A stretch of DNA of 61,390 nt, counting the filler, from Rhabdomonas costata (taxonomy: Eukaryota), in NCBI GenBank assembly GCA_019059605.1. It is 18 parts of 18 records of this genome, joined end to end, with 100 filler letters (N's around TTAATTAATTAA, not from the genome) between each part and the next. Parts side by side here need not be neighbours in the genome. Positions count along the whole stretch, not along the records: positions 1 to 3,322 come from JAHMHO010001000.1; positions 3,423 to 6,748 come from JAHMHO010001001.1; positions 6,849 to 10,170 come from JAHMHO010001002.1; positions 10,271 to 13,591 come from JAHMHO010001003.1; 14 more parts are not named here. The stretch is one strand, 5' to 3'. Position 1 is the first letter of the stretch. Each line of letters begins with the position of its first letter. A model generated the notes under the pieces. That model was given only the letters and a program-made list of their open reading frames with translations, made no database searches and had not been told where the DNA came from. Below are positions 1 to 13,469 of this stretch, piece by piece. The position numbers and the translations under genes were made by a program.

Positions 1-1556
1 TTTGTGGGGTTTTGCAGCGGTAGGTTCGAATTTGCGAATGTGTCCATGAGTAATTCCCTGCTGTCGCTTTCTTGCAGGACACAGTGGACTGGAACGATTT
101 GCAGGGGTGAGCCTCCGTTGCTCCTCAGTGACTTTGCTGCTTGCTCTTGTGCGGAGTGTGCCACTGCTTTTCGTGCCCTCGTGTGTCTGTGGCCAGGCCT
201 GTCCACTGTGACATCGACTGATGGCGAAAGCATCCTTTCTCGGGAAGCAGCGCAACGTGCAACTCTTGCTTTCAGGGCCTATCGATAACCAACTCCAACA
301 AAACCGATACAAGAACAAAAGCCTTTATAGCCCATATTGATTCCGCTGGTCCTTCGCGACATTCTGTGATGCGCTGTGGTTAAAAGTGTAGCCTGCCCTT
401 GGGTTGAAACTGAAATCCGTCGTTGTGTTTTCGTACAGTTTTCGTACCTAATGTGCAGGTTACTCTTGAATTCCGCTGAGGCGCATGCACAATTGGAAAA
501 CTGGGGCAAAAAGGGAACGTTCATTCCGAAATCGGCGTGTACATGCCACAAGCAGGATGGATTCTGGTTCCAGACTCTGTTGTGAGTTTGCAACCGCCGC
601 ACGGCACCTTAGAATGAAATCGCTGCCTTGCCTCGCTGCCCACATTCACCTTCCGGAATTACGGCTGCCATTGTGTGCATTACTTTCGAAGGAAGTTGAA
701 GGGTTTTTTCTTCGATCTGTTTGCATTGTGTGCATAATGGAGTAACTGTGGAGACTCACTTGGGACTTCCCTACAGAAGATACTCCACTGCAGGAAACAA
801 GGATGTCGTCTCCTCAGGTGTGCACTCGTCTCCGCGTGGTTTGGCCTCCTTATGCAATTGAAAGCAATTGCAACCGAAAGAGGGATGGGGAATGGATCAG
901 TGAGACCTTCAATGGCGCACCAATAAGACCTTCATTTGCCATTTGCGTCCACTTATGCCTCCCCCTCCCCACGCCGAAGGGCAGTGACATGGGCCCCTTT
1001 CACCCAGAAGGGATCGGTATTCTTCTTTGGCTTAGGGACAATTGTGTCTGTCTGTGAATGATCAGCCGGGCTCTATGTGTGATGCTGGATGATGAGTTTT
1101 CTAAATCGAATCATGTGACAATGTCCTTCCGGAATTGTGAACCATTGCAAGGCGATTGCACCAGTGCTGGAGTTGATGTTAATGGTGGCAGTAATTGTGT
1201 TTCTGAATCCTAACATTTATGTGCATCTCTCTCTGTTGTTGTGGCGTTTTCTTAGAACCCGAAGCTTGTCCAGCGGAGAGAGCGCCTGGAGAAGCTTGTT
1301 GTGCAGAAGATTCTGAGGGATCACCAAAAAGCTGGCTACGTATGTCTCTCGCCAGTGGTGGGGTATCATTGCTGCGTCACGTGGCAAGAGTTCCTTTTTC
1401 TGTGTTTTTTCTTCACATTCTGTTTTTATGTGCGTGTTGTTTGAAGAAAAGGTGCATCAGCAAGAAAGGTCTTGTGACCTTTGTCGCTTTGGGGCAATGG
1501 AGGCTGTCACACCAAAATTTTACGTGCTGCCAATCGTTTTAAGTTGTTTGTTTTAG

Positions 1557-2995
1557 AGATGGATCTTCGTTTTTGTGGAGTGGATTTTTCGGCACCACAG
1601 GAGCTACCCGACGAGGAACAGGTCACCGCGCTCCACGCCGATGTCACCAAGATGATGCAAAGTGGGACCCTTAGCCGAGTGGACCTCATTCGCCTGGAGC
1701 AGAAACTGCGTACGTTATTCGTTTCGTGATGGGCTGCGGGGTTCCTGGAGGAGCTTCACACCGTTTGTTTTCCAGAACCAGAATGAACAGTAACCTGGAA
1801 CGTTCGCATGGTGGCAATCTAACGGAGCGAGATGATGCGATAAACCGGTTTGAAACCGTTGATCCAGAAGAAGTTCAGAGGTTCCAGCCTAGCGCAAAGA
1901 GCCTTCTCATGTCCTGCTTCGACATCGACACACGTACAAACAGAGTCGCTGTCCAGCTTGAACAACCTTCAACAACCCTCCTGTTCTTAAGCACATTCCT
2001 GGCAAGCAAAAACTTTGGTGGCCCTCCAGCCGTAAACTAACCAACCAGCTAAGCTAACTGACGTTTCACTTCATCTTTTTCACCCCAAAGTTTTGCGTGC
2101 TCAAAGGAAAATAAAAGAAGGAAAAGAGTTTCGGGAAAAAAATGTCTGTTGACGTGTGTTCTGTTCCCTTTTTTTTGTTGTCCGACGGTATCTCGTTTGG
2201 TCGAAATGGATTACGGGTGGCAAAGGAGGTGGTTTCGGATGAAGACCTCTGCGCACGTGTGGGTCACCCTAATAAATGCAATCCTGAACCCTAATGAATG
2301 CAACCCTGTCGGGATAGCGTTGGTTTTTGTCTGTGATGAAATCAGATCTTGTCTGCCGCATGTGTACATTTCAGGAGAAAGACCTTGCCACTCCCCGCAG
2401 CTGGTCAAGCGCGGCGAGTCCAGCCGGGGAAACCCTCTGGCTTTTTCGCTGCCCACCACTATCGGTGTGCCCCCCCCCCTTCCTTTTGGCTTGTGGTTTA
2501 GATTTTGTAGCTTAATGGAAAAAGAGAAGTTTGAACTCACAAGCAACAAGTAGCGAAGCAGATGCATCAGATTTGAACAAAAAGGTTTCTTGGAACGCGG
2601 TGTGCTCAGTGTTTATCCGTCAGAAAAAGATGAGGTGTACTCTGGTTGGCACGTCGCATGCATAGCATCTGTTGGTTGTAGAGCATGAGCTTGCGCGTTG
2701 GTTTTGGTGACAGACCTTCGTCTGTGAGTGCTGGCATGGCCAACCAATAATCCCGGGTCTCTCTCACTCTCACACGTGGGTGTTGCTCATCCCGATGTTC
2801 ATTTGGTTGTTTTCTGCGCGGCTTGTCTGTGGTTCAGGGACGACCAAAAACAATCAGCCCGCGCGGAGCCCAAGCGTGGACCCCTGGACGCAGCTCGCGA
2901 TGAAGGAGCTGGAGGCCTTCGAGAAGCGCCAAGTGGCCGACCTGGCTCGAGCCAGGACTCTGAAGCAGCAGCAGAAGCTGGCCCTGGATGAGCAG
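1557..2995 (+). CDS. Partial multi-exon gene, unknown coiled-coil protein (exons ~1557-1709, 2375-2464, 2838-2995 or -3054)
   Basis: Two phase-1 GT-AG introns join ...DLIRLEQKL(R)ERPCHSPQLVKRG...PTTI(G)TTKNNQ...DPWTQLAMKELEAFEKRQ...QQQKLALDEQ in frame. Exons are GC-rich. Confidence 0.6.
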
Positions 2996-3322
2996 GCTTG
3001 TCTGAAGATGATGTCTGATGCGGTGGAGAAAGTGGCTGTCAGTGAGCGAGCGAGTAAGTGAGAAGGTGGAGAAAAATGCGAAGCTCTCAATGGTTGCAGA
3101 TAAGTTTAGACATTGGCTTTTGGTTTCTGTTCTCGGGAGCAAAAGAATCGATACCGAACTGTATACAGCAGCTGTGCAGGTTCGACTTCAGTGCTGGCTT
3201 TGACAAGACGTACACTTGTGCAGTCCTGCACACCCGGTAACTCGGTGACTGAGTTGTAATTGGACAGCGCATTGCTTGATTGTAAATCCTTCTGCACTAT
3301 CTGACTGATGAGAAAAACAACC

Positions 3323-3422
3323 NNNNNNNNNNNNNNNNNNNNNNNNNNNNNNNNNNNNNNNNNNNNTTAATTAATTAANNNNNNNNNNNNNNNNNNNNNN
3401 NNNNNNNNNNNNNNNNNNNNNN
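3323..3422. other. Artificial contig-joining spacer (first of 17). Contigs are approx. 1-3322, 3423-6748, 6849-10170, 10271-13591, 13692-17013, 17114-20432, 20533-23850, 23951-27271, 27372-30692, 30793-34108, 34209-37526, 37627-40940, 41041-44352, 44453-47762, 47863-51175, 51276-54569, 54670-57980, 58081-61390
   Basis: The same N-run/TTAATTAATTAA/N-run linker (stops in all six frames) recurs about every 3.42 kb. Sequences on either side are unrelated. Confidence 0.98.
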
Positions 3423-3428
3423 TTTGGT

Positions 3429-3608
3429 GCAGCTGAATATGTCACGAGGAAACTTTCAGCTAAACCATCAGCATTTTGTGACTTGGATAAATTTCCTGAA
3501 TGTAGCAATGAGGTCTCGCTCTCAAACATTGCTACATTCAGGAAATTTATCCAAGTCACAAAATGCTGATGGTTTAGCTGAAAGTTTCCTCGTGACATAT
3601 TCAGCTGC
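3429..3608. repeat. Perfect inverted repeat, 82-bp arms (3429-3510 / 3527-3608), 16-nt loop
   Basis: gcagctgaatat...tgtagcaatg is the exact reverse complement of cattgctaca...atattcagctgc. Confidence 0.97.
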
Positions 3609-4300
3609 TCCTAACTCCAAACGACATTGTGGTCACAGGTCTTCCAAAAATTCATTCCAGTCGGAAAACGTCTCTTCTGGCGCTAAGATCTAACCTGAAT
3701 ATGCTCCAAGAGCTCCTGTGACATATATGATTACCACCTGATCTGGGTGCCTCAGTAAATCCTCCGGCTTCTCCACCAAACCAACACTGCAGAAAATACG
3801 AGGATTTCTTGTCATAGTTCTGGAAATATGGATCTTTTTACTGCAATTTTTGCAACTCTCCCCGGCCACTTCTGGTACTTTGAATGATACTTGAATCTGC
3901 AAAATTGGTTCTTGGAGCTCAGCGATATCCGCGCGCAGAAATTCCTGGGTAAAATCGTGTTTTGGCCTCTGCTCCATGGTACAAAATAATGATACTGTTT
4001 GAGTTAGAAAATTATGGCCCATCGGTGGTGCTGGTACTCCGCTTGGTTTCTGGTCGTCGTTATTTACCAATATCAAACTCACCCACACCTAAGATTACTA
4101 CTTGCGGTTTGCGCTGCCTTCTTCCCATTCGTCTGGGCCTCTGTGCTCCGGCTTCGCGCTTAGGTCGCTTCGGTATCCTCCGTCGTCATCTACGCCGCCA
4201 TTGGGCTCACGGCCGCTCCGTTTCTTTCCACGGCCAATCCGTGGTGTGGATTGGTGAAACAGGAATTCTCTACCGGCACCATGTGGATGGTTTTGCGCCT
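3530..4300 (-). pseudogene. Possible degenerate retrotransposon gag-like sequence
   Basis: The minus frame, read through stops, gives ...EETFSDWNEFLEDL*PQCRLELGAAEYVTRKL..., loosely like the gag W-x-E-F helix. Intronless and interrupted by stops. Confidence 0.3.
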
Positions 4301-6079
4301 ATCTCCCATTTGCTGGTTGCGGCGGCATACGGTGTTGGTTTTTGGTGAACTTAGGCCACTCCGCGCTTGTTTTGCCCCGCGGACTCTGCGCCAAATGCGC
4401 TCAACTTGGTCCAATACAAAACCAATTAGGTTAGCCATTGGAAACGCAATAGCCATTGGAGGAGGCGCGCTATAAAGGAAATAGGCTTTCAACGATCCAG
4501 TCTTTGGGGGAACCATGAGCGGAAGGGTGCCGCCGACGTTCGTCGCAACGTTTCTCAAAAGCGTCGAAGGCCCCATCGGGTATGCACAAATCAAAGCGGG
4601 AAAAAAATTCGAGGAGAGGCGCCCGGGCAAACGCAGGAAACAAGACACTGAAACGGAGGAACAGATCCGGGGGGACAAAGGGTCCGATGGAATTGGCTAG
4701 AGGAAGAGGGGCTCGATGACAAAAAAGTGCAACAGGCAACTTCCAAGCACAACCCCTGAAAATGGTTGCCCATTGCCGCGGGTTTCATTGGGGATGAGAA
4801 GAAAGTTGCCGGGCAGGGCCATAGTATCGTGCGTGCTCTCTTCTCAAGGCAACCGGGAACCGATTTGTCGTGATCCCCCAAATAAGGCTAAAATCAACCC
4901 GAAAAGAAAGGTTGCACGCAAAGGCTTTGCCAGAGGCGCGGGGCGCGTATCTTTAGAGAATCCAGTGAAAAAGAGGCAAATGCTAAAGAGGATCGGGTAT
5001 TCACAAAAGCAAAAGCACAGAAGAGGACCAAACCGCGGGAAGAATTCGGCGCCGATGCCAGCATTGAAAAGAAAACCGGTCAGCGTGCTAACTGGGGCGA
5101 AGGGGCCGAACGGAAATACGCAGGAGCGGTCGCACAAAAGCACAAAAGGGACGGATCGAGGAGGCATCTCGGACAGGCACGCGGGCAGAAGCCCAGAAAA
5201 AGACGAAGCCCAGAAAAAGCACAGAAGCACAAAAGTGCCCGAATCTAAGAGAAAAAGGTTTCTAGGAGAGGGACCTTGATCTTAGTGGGCATGCCAGGGG
5301 AGAGCATGGCGCAATCGAGCTGGACCTTATTCAGACGTTGCAAAATGTGGGCGCTGCATCGGCTTAACCGTGTGTCTTGGCACCTAAAACGTGTAGGATG
5401 TCTCTTCCGTTCGGTTGGTGCTATCTGCGGGCGTTTCTGAAGCGTCGCCTGTTTGAAACGGGGGCGTGGGTGTGCCAACGTTTCGGTTTACCAAGCCGCT
5501 TTTGGTACCGCACTCTTCCGCTCTGTTTGTGCCTCGGGTCCCCGCGGCTCTGGCATGCGGTTCCGCTGTGGTTCTGCCGGGGCACCTCTGCCTCCTCTGC
5601 ACCTCCTCTGCAAAAACAATTAAAGGTAAAACGCTACTCAAATTGAAATGAAAAGCGACCTTTTTGATTTAATTCTGCAGTCACGGACGCACGCAATTTT
5701 CGAGAACCTAATGGACCTCTGTAATTCTCGTAGTTCTTGTCGTTCAGGAACACCAGGGTAGTCAGGACGAAATCTTGAAGTCTGCCTGACCTGTGAAAAA
5801 TCGGGAGAAAGGGGGGGTATAATCGTCTTCCGTGCGTTTTCGTAGTGTTTCTTCCACAGGAACTCTGGAACACACCTTGTGGATTTCTATTGCGGGTCGG
5901 GTGCTGGCTACCTCCTTCCACGTGACTTCCCTCCATTGATCTGGCTCTCTGCCTCGCCCGGGGTCTTCCCCACTGTCTCTCTGCTGGCCTTCCCTCTGTC
6001 ACCTGGCCCTGCTGTGCTCTCCTTCTCGACCAGCTGGTTTATATGTATAGCCTGACCCATGGCCTGGCCAGGAGCTGGC

Positions 6080-6744
6080 TCACGAGGGTCTGAGCTTCAA
6101 CTTCTGCCTCAGCTGACCCTTGACCAAATGGCACTCTGGAAAATATGTGTGTCCCACGCACATGACTTTTCTCCTCTGTCTCTGGATGTGGACCTTGGTG
6201 ATCTGGACCGTTACACTCTCCCGTGGTAGGACAGAGGACGTCTCCAGCAGACGGCCAACGCCCGATAACCGAACGGTCCGCCTGAAAGACAAAACTGCTA
6301 AAGCACCTTTTCCCCTGTAGATGTGGATTCCTCTGTACACACGTGTATCTGGTATTTGTATGTATAATAGGCTCGTCTTCGCGAAAACATGTCGCTGCAC
6401 CAACTGTCGATGAGATGGACACAGCAGCTGACGCATCGGCACAATAGTCTGTGGAAAGGCTCCCCACACACCACAAACCTCACACATCGGGCACGCAACG
6501 CTGTGGAAACACACCACACACGCTCTCGAAACACGACACACACTCACACCATCATAGCATGATCCACAGCCTTTGAACCCTGCCGCTTCACCTCTGCATC
6601 CACCGGGAGGGGGGGGGGTCCAAAATATATATGGTACTTCGAAAGCAGGTCTTCTTTTCCTGGCCTCTCTGGAACATGCCGTCGCTCGTCCAAGGCAAAA
6701 TGCCTGGCAAACATCGGGTATCTGTCTTTCACGAAACTCACCAC
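6080..6744 (-). CDS. 3' end of an unknown gene (exons 6744-6548 and 6281-6080)
   Basis: Strong GTGAGT donor at 6547 and tttcag acceptor at 6282 join ...DHAMMV-RTVRLSGVGRLLE...KLKLRPS* in frame. Confidence 0.55.
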
Positions 6745-6848
6745 ACCCNNNNNNNNNNNNNNNNNNNNNNNNNNNNNNNNNNNNNNNNNNNNTTAATTAA
6801 TTAANNNNNNNNNNNNNNNNNNNNNNNNNNNNNNNNNNNNNNNNNNNN

Positions 6849-9350
6849 GTTGGGTGGTGGTGTAGATTGCTTCATGAGCGAAGCCCTGGTAACTGAACTG
6901 CAACTACCGCGCAATCGTCTGAAGCATTTGATGTCAGTAAGAGCCGCTAACGGAACCACCTTGGTGATCGACACCTTTTTCAGAGTTTCCGTTTTGCTGG
7001 GCAAAATTCCAGCGCGTCTTTTATTGCGCGTGATTTCCGCCAACATTTCAGTAGTCTTAGGCTATACCTTTCTCCACCGACATCAATATTGTGTGGATTG
7101 GAGAAAGCGCCAATTTCAGATTGTTAAGCGTGAGATCATCTACTAGATACACGCCATATATTCTTCTGACGTATTCCAAATGGCTGGAATGCTAATCAAG
7201 CCCCACGCAATGGTGCTGCATGACAATGAACCAGCGGAGCAGAAGCCCACACGAGTCGAAGTTGCTTTCTAACAGAAGAACTCCGCAGAAGGTGGAGAGC
7301 CAAATAGAGGGAAGGCAAGCCCATGCAAATCCGCCACACAGGTATGTCCATATCGCCGATTCGGCGAAGTTCTCACTACCATACGAGCTTTTTCCATATC
7401 TCCAGAGGACGCTGAGGAACTATCCGATTGATATCGTCAGAAGATCTCTATCCTAGCAGAGCCTAAGCTAAAATCCAATAGAAGAATAAATCTGTACTCA
7501 CGCCGTCTCTTTGAGATGCAGATTGACCCCAACAACATCTAACACAAAATCTGTGGTCACACGCTCCGCAAGACCGCCGTGACTAATGAGTTCCTTGAAC
7601 TCAACCAAGAGTTTGCGCATCTCTTCCCATACAAACTTCCCCCAGGTCTGCCACCTCCATGCCTACCAATCACAAAATAGACCTGGTGAAGGACGCCAAA
7701 GTTCAAGCAAAATGACTCTACCGCATGTCCACCATTGAAGATCAGGAGTTGAGCAAGCAGCTGAAGGAACTAAAAGATCTTAGATTCATTGAACATACCG
7801 TGTCTCCTTACGGATCAGGCATCATTTTTGCACCCAAAGCTAACGTAAAAATTAGACTAAATGGACAATGTGGGGAAGGCTTTTCACTGTGGATTTACAA
7901 AATCCTAGTGTAACCGAAGCACGTCCACTGCACTGCCTTTAATACTAAGTATGGCATGTTTCAATACCGTTTCATTCCCTTTGGGTTGTGTCCCATCTAC
8001 CTTCCAAAGGAAGATGGACTTTGTTATGCCATATCTCCGTAAGTTTGCCGGAGCGTACATTGAGGAACACCTGAACGCCATCCGACAAGTGTACCAATAA
8101 CTTGGCAAGAACCATATCTTTGCAAACCCGGAGAAGTGCTCCTTCTGTCAACCTAAATTTGAGTACTATGGTTTCATCGTGGGACACGAAGGTGTCATCC
8201 CTATGCCAGAAAAACTGGCAGAAGTCCACATTTGGCCAACCACTCGCAACCACACTGAAGTGAATACCGTTGCAACGCCACTAAAGGATCTAATGAAGAA
8301 GAATCAAGATTGGCAGTGTGTAGAGAAAGAAACCCAAGCGTTCGAGGAAATCAAACGCTGACTCCTCAGACACCCCGTCATAATGGTTCCAGATTTGTCC
8401 AAGCCACTTATCCTCCACACTGAAGCTTCAGAAGTTGGTGTCGGCGCAACCCTGTAACAGCACCAACAGTAAAGTAGACGTGCGGCTTTTTGCTTGCCAA
8501 TCTAGGAGAATTTCCTCCGCAGAAAGTAACTACCCGGTTCTTGAAAAAGAAATGCTAGCACTTGTGGATTATCTAGAAACATGGCGTCGTTATCTAATGG
8601 GTGCCAATTTGCACGTCTATATCGACAACCCCGCACTCTGGTAACTACATAAAAGCTCCCGCCATACACCCAGACAAATAAGATGGCTAGAAAAACTACA
8701 GTTGTTCTAGCTCAAGATCACCCGCATACTGTGAGACTAACTCAGCCGATGATGCGTTGTCTCGTGGAACCGATGTATCAGTGATCTGATGGCAGAAGCC
8801 ACTGAAAATCCAATGCCCATCTACTTTAATGGCCCCCTCTTCGCGCCCATCCAAATGCAGCCCGCAGAAAACCGAACGAATACCTCGAAGACACATAGCG
8901 CAGAGATAAATACGTTCATCCCGGCACCATAGGCCTAACGGTTGATGGAGGATTCATCTGCAGTTATGGCAAACGTTGGAAGACGACCGTATCGTTGTTT
9001 CAGTATCCGTAATTGCAAAAATCATTCAAAAATACCACAATTAACCTGCAGCTGGACATTATAAATTTACCGGACAGTAGACATGATCAAACGTCGCTAC
9101 ACATTTCCACTAATCAGGCGACGCGTCCGCGAATATGTCAACACCTGACACCAGTGTCAGCTAAGTGTGGCAAAGAACCATCTACCGCGTGGTCTACTGA
9201 AAGCTCTAAAGATGCACAAACAAAAATGGAAGTCTGTATCAATGAACTCGACCAACGTGGACGAATGCTAACTACCGGGCAAAACTATGGTATTTGACCA
9301 GATCCTAACGGTAACCGACATGAACCAAAATGGTTCATCTGATCCCTGTG
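6849..9350 (+). mobile_element. Degenerate Ty3/gypsy LTR-retrotransposon pol (protease-RT-RNase H-integrase) with many stops and frameshifts
   Basis: Protease-like VDCFMSEAL..VRAANG..VVLGYTFL. RT-like HKIDLV..SPYGSGIIFAPK. RNase H ILHTEASEVGVGATL and AESNYPVLEKEMLALVDYLETWRRYLMG. Integrase YH..PAAGH, REYVNT*HQCQ..GLLKAL..WKSVSM and FDQILTVTD..KMVHLIP. Domain order is gypsy-type. Confidence 0.93.
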
Positions 9351-10423
9351 AAGTTCACGCAGTCATCAGATCTTTTACCCGAAACTAATGAGAGAAGCAA
9401 TCGTACTGATGGATAATAACAAGAACCATCTAATGAAAATAATGCAAAACTTCGTACAAGCTACAGTTGCATCTTTCCAAAAAGTCTCAGGCTCACGTTC
9501 AGCTGAAGCTGCAGGGCTTAGAAAACTACAGGAAAAAGATTAAAAAGTTCGCCAGCAATCTAGAACGAAAAAATGCCAGCGATATGTTACATACCATGAT
9601 GCAATACGCTACGCCCAAATGCTTTTGAAGAAGCGTTACTTAGCATCTTTGCTAACTGGAAAAACTTCACCTCATGGGAACAGTTTAAAGACATGCCAAA
9701 TGCGCACTACCTAACAAAGCAATACCATTATCAGCTCATCTACAAGATAGCGCACAATGTTAGGATGTTACCTACCAAGCTAAGTTCAAAACATACGTGT
9801 ATGCCATATCGGAACGCTTCCGTGCACCCAACTTGATTTTTTATTTCATACAAGACATGGAGTTCTGTATTGCTTACCAAGTTCACGAAAAAACCCACGT
9901 CACCACTGAAGGCGCTTACTAGATTGGATGGGAAATTTAATGGCCCAGAGTCACATACTTGGTCATCCTATCGCAGACCCATTTATTCTGTGTTCACATT
10001 AGTGAAACCGCCTTCTAATTCCCAGCTACTTGACAAACTCCAATGGAGTTGAACGCCGTGAATTTTTGCACATCTACCAGTGGCCGTGGTCTGTTTTTCG
10101 TGCAGTCACACGCAGACAATAAACTTGTAGCCTGTTTGGCTCTCTGGACTGCTGCTTTTCCAACAAACAANNNNNNNNNNNNNNNNNNNNNNNNNNNNNN
10201 NNNNNNNNNNNNNNTTAATTAATTAANNNNNNNNNNNNNNNNNNNNNNNNNNNNNNNNNNNNNNNNNNNNGGTGTGGGGGAACGGCGGCTTTCGACGACC
10301 ACGCCCAGGGAAGGAAGAGGCAGAGAGCAAGGGAGAGAAAAGAGATCCAACATCGAAACTTGCTTATCACCTCATCTATTCCGCAAGACGGGAGTGTCGT
10401 GTTACGCGCATGAGATGACATAC

Positions 10424-13313
10424 GGCAGCAGCTTCTCGGTAAAGGCCTTGTTCATACAAAGAAGTCCCCAGCCAGCGGTGATAGTTAACATTGTGGGGTT
10501 GAAGCTCAATCGCTCTCCTGAAGCATTGCACTGCCTGTGCAAAAAAAAAAAGCAAGAACCCACCCTTTCTGAAGAGTTTCACAGCAAGCACAAGATCAAA
10601 AAGAGAATGCTGTCATGATCACTTTGGCCAGTCGAATCAAGGATGCTATTGAAACTGGCCGCACGTGACGCTTGGTTACATTGCTGTCATTTGCAGGTTG
10701 TTTCCCTGATGACGTTCCCTTTTGTTCTTTCCTCGCCTCGCGTGCACCACCATAGAAAAAAATGCTATTGTATTTTTGGAGTGAGGGGGGCTGCTATAGT
10801 ATCACAGACTGATGCTATCCTACTCGAACGCCATAGCCGTAACCACAACCTAAACCAGCCAAGCCCAGTAAAACATTTCCCAAATCGCCCACCGTCCAGA
10901 GAAATCCTTGTCACTCCTTCGAACTTGCTATAACACTGTTGAGTCATGTATGAGGATGGGAAATCACTCTCGGGAATCATTCTCTTCTCCTCACAGCGTA
11001 ACATACGGAAGACATTGCAAACAAATCCCAAGTATCCGGATGCCAGCTGAAAACCGGGAGCGAAAAAGAAGGGGTTTCAGGGAGAACCCTGTGGTGCAGC
11101 TTAAGCAGCGCCAGGTTCTGCCCGCGGCGGAAGACGTGGTCGTGGCTCTCAGGCTCCAGAAAGGAGGCCAGCCGGTAATGCCTCACTGCGCAATAAATTC
11201 CGCATGTATTGTGGTGGGGGATATGGCCGAGAGCGTGCTTTCTGTTGTGGGAGGCCCAAGATGGGACAAAGTATTTTCTTTTACCAAATACCCATGAAGC
11301 AGGGAATGTCCGCACAGACGGGGTGCCAATTTTTGTTTTCTTTGACCAACGCCAACTTTCAAGTTTGGCATCCCCCCCCTATGCTGCTACGAGGGGGGGC
11401 ATGGGTGGTACAACTAGGGTAAAACGTCCATGGCTGTCTTCCGCCCCGCTGTGCCCCCCATCCCGGCATCTGCTTCCTCCATCTCGTCGTCTTTGCCCAA
11501 GTTTCCACCTTCACCGGCTCCACCTGGCCCACTGCATTCATTGCTTGATTTGTTTACAGATCAGCGTATCTCATATCTTTTATATATCTTTAAAAAAAAG
11601 CAGAATCGCTTGTATTTAGGGGTTATTGTTTCTGGTATTTTGCCCCTGTTTTCCTATTTGTCGCTCCTGCTGACAGGAGTAGGAGACAAACACAGATGAG
11701 GGGAAGCTGACCTGATCCTCGGTGGTAGCCCAGCTCCAGGAGAACGGCCCCCAGGGCGCTATGGTATGCCGCCACATTGGGCTCCAGCCGCACCGCAGTG
11801 AGGTAGAGCACCGCAGCGCGGACCAGGTCTCCCTGCTGGAAGGCCAGGTTGCCCAAGTTGAACCAGTACAACGCCTGGTCGGAGGCCCGGTAGAGTGCCT
11901 GCGAAAAGAGCAGGTCAGGGCCCTGCTAAACTCAAACAGCTGAAACAGACCACCAATAAAAACGGTGTTCTTTGCAACCGAGCGAAAGGGGAAAGCAGGC
12001 AGAATGCATCAACAGTGGGGAGCAAACGAATCAAGATAAGAAATCGCAAGGTTTTGGAAGAATGTCCTTGTACAAACAAACCGAACAGGCAGAGGTTGTG
12101 GTCCGAGAGCGGATGTTACGCATGCAATATAAACACTGCAGAAACACACCACAGTTGCTGACGGTAAATTCGGGCAAAGGCAGAGTCAACCGAAATTTTG
12201 GTTTTTGCTCGAATCGGCATTTAATAGAAGATCTGAGAGCAAAAGATCAAGAGCAGAGGATGCGAGAGGGCGCTCCGGCCTTATTGTCCGCCCATACACA
12301 ACGAACGTAATGAGTGTCAACGAGCTATAGGAGCTATGGGATTAAAGGGGAGGAGGGGAGAGACATACTCCCCAGTACAGCTTCTCCACTTTGGCCAGCC
12401 TGTCAAGGTCCCTGAAGTAGAGATTCTTTTCGTACAGCACAAGGCGACCGGTCTCTGGGTCCACCCTAGACAGCCTCGTGGCCGCCGCAGTCTCTTCCTG
12501 ATTTACTAGGTGGTGGTGAGCAACCGCGGCCATGTTGGAGTACACTCCGTCACGGTCCTCGGTCAGCTGGGGGGAAGCAGGTGAGAGGAGAGTTACGCAT
12601 CCGAGATGTCGCAAAAAAAAAAACTCAAAAATCCTTTTTGCTTCGTTTTCTTTGCATCGTTTCCTGTTGCTCGCGGCGCTAATTCGTTCCCCACTAAGCG
12701 GAGCACCTGCTTCAGCTGAACGGTTCTGCTTCTAAGTATGGTGCCGTTTGTTCTTCCTGTCAGATTTCTCCTCCAACTGTCTGCAACTCACGCCATCCGA
12801 AAATGATCGGTTATAAAAAGCACACGAAAAAAACAGCATCTCTCTGACTTTTACCGTTTCTGGTTTGTCCAGTCTTGACTTCCGTTCCGTTTTACCCTTG
12901 TATACTTCCTCATTTCTTATACTTCCTCATTTTGTATGCTTGCCCAAGATGCGTCCCCGTACATGTGGGGCACTCTCTTTTCTCCCGTACTCTTCTCGCT
13001 TTTTCGTGCTTTTATGCGCTGTTGCTGTTTACGCCGTACCTTGAACACTGTATGCGATTCACGTAATTTACGTGAATTTCAAGTGCGTTGAAAAAAGCAG
13101 CACATCTTTTGAATTGTACACCCCTGAGACTTCAGGCGGCCGGAGCGCAAGGGAGCAAACCTGAAGCCCGAGTGTGAGGTAATACGAGGCGTTGCCAAAG
13201 TTGTTCAGGTTAAAATAGGTCATCGCGAGGAACAGGGTGATGTTCTCGTGGCTTGAATCCAGGTCCCATGCTCGTTGCAGCCACTTCTGGGCATACTGGA
13301 ACCGTGATGGCCC
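10424..13313 (-). CDS. TPR-repeat protein, partial, at least 5 exons (13313-13161, ~12566-12369, ~11898-11712, ~11185-11088, 10534-10424)
   Basis: TPR motifs YWFNLGNLAFQQGDLVRAAVLYLTAVRLEPNVAAYHSALG and AVQCFRRAIELQPHNVNYHRWLG. Phase-compatible GT-AG junctions. Confidence 0.88.
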
Positions 13314-13469
13314 CTGCAGAACCCCCACGCTTCCCCAGTGTACCCGAATCTAGCGCTGTCTTCGAAGTGTTGAAAGTCTTGAGGCAAGTACCAGAATCCC
13401 AAGTCTTAATTTCGCATGTGACCAACGCTCGATGCGGATTGGCTTGTTTTCTAATGTATTTGATGTGGC

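Noticed and set aside
1..1480. Possible decayed non-LTR retrotransposon N-terminus on the minus strand (CTRRFRNERSL; RARKAVAHSAQEQAAKSLRS)
   Set aside because: The motifs are too weak and no RT core is visible.
2996..2997. Additional GC donors (2996, 16959, ~48825)
   Set aside because: Each has a plausible nearby GT alternative and cannot be decided without cDNA.
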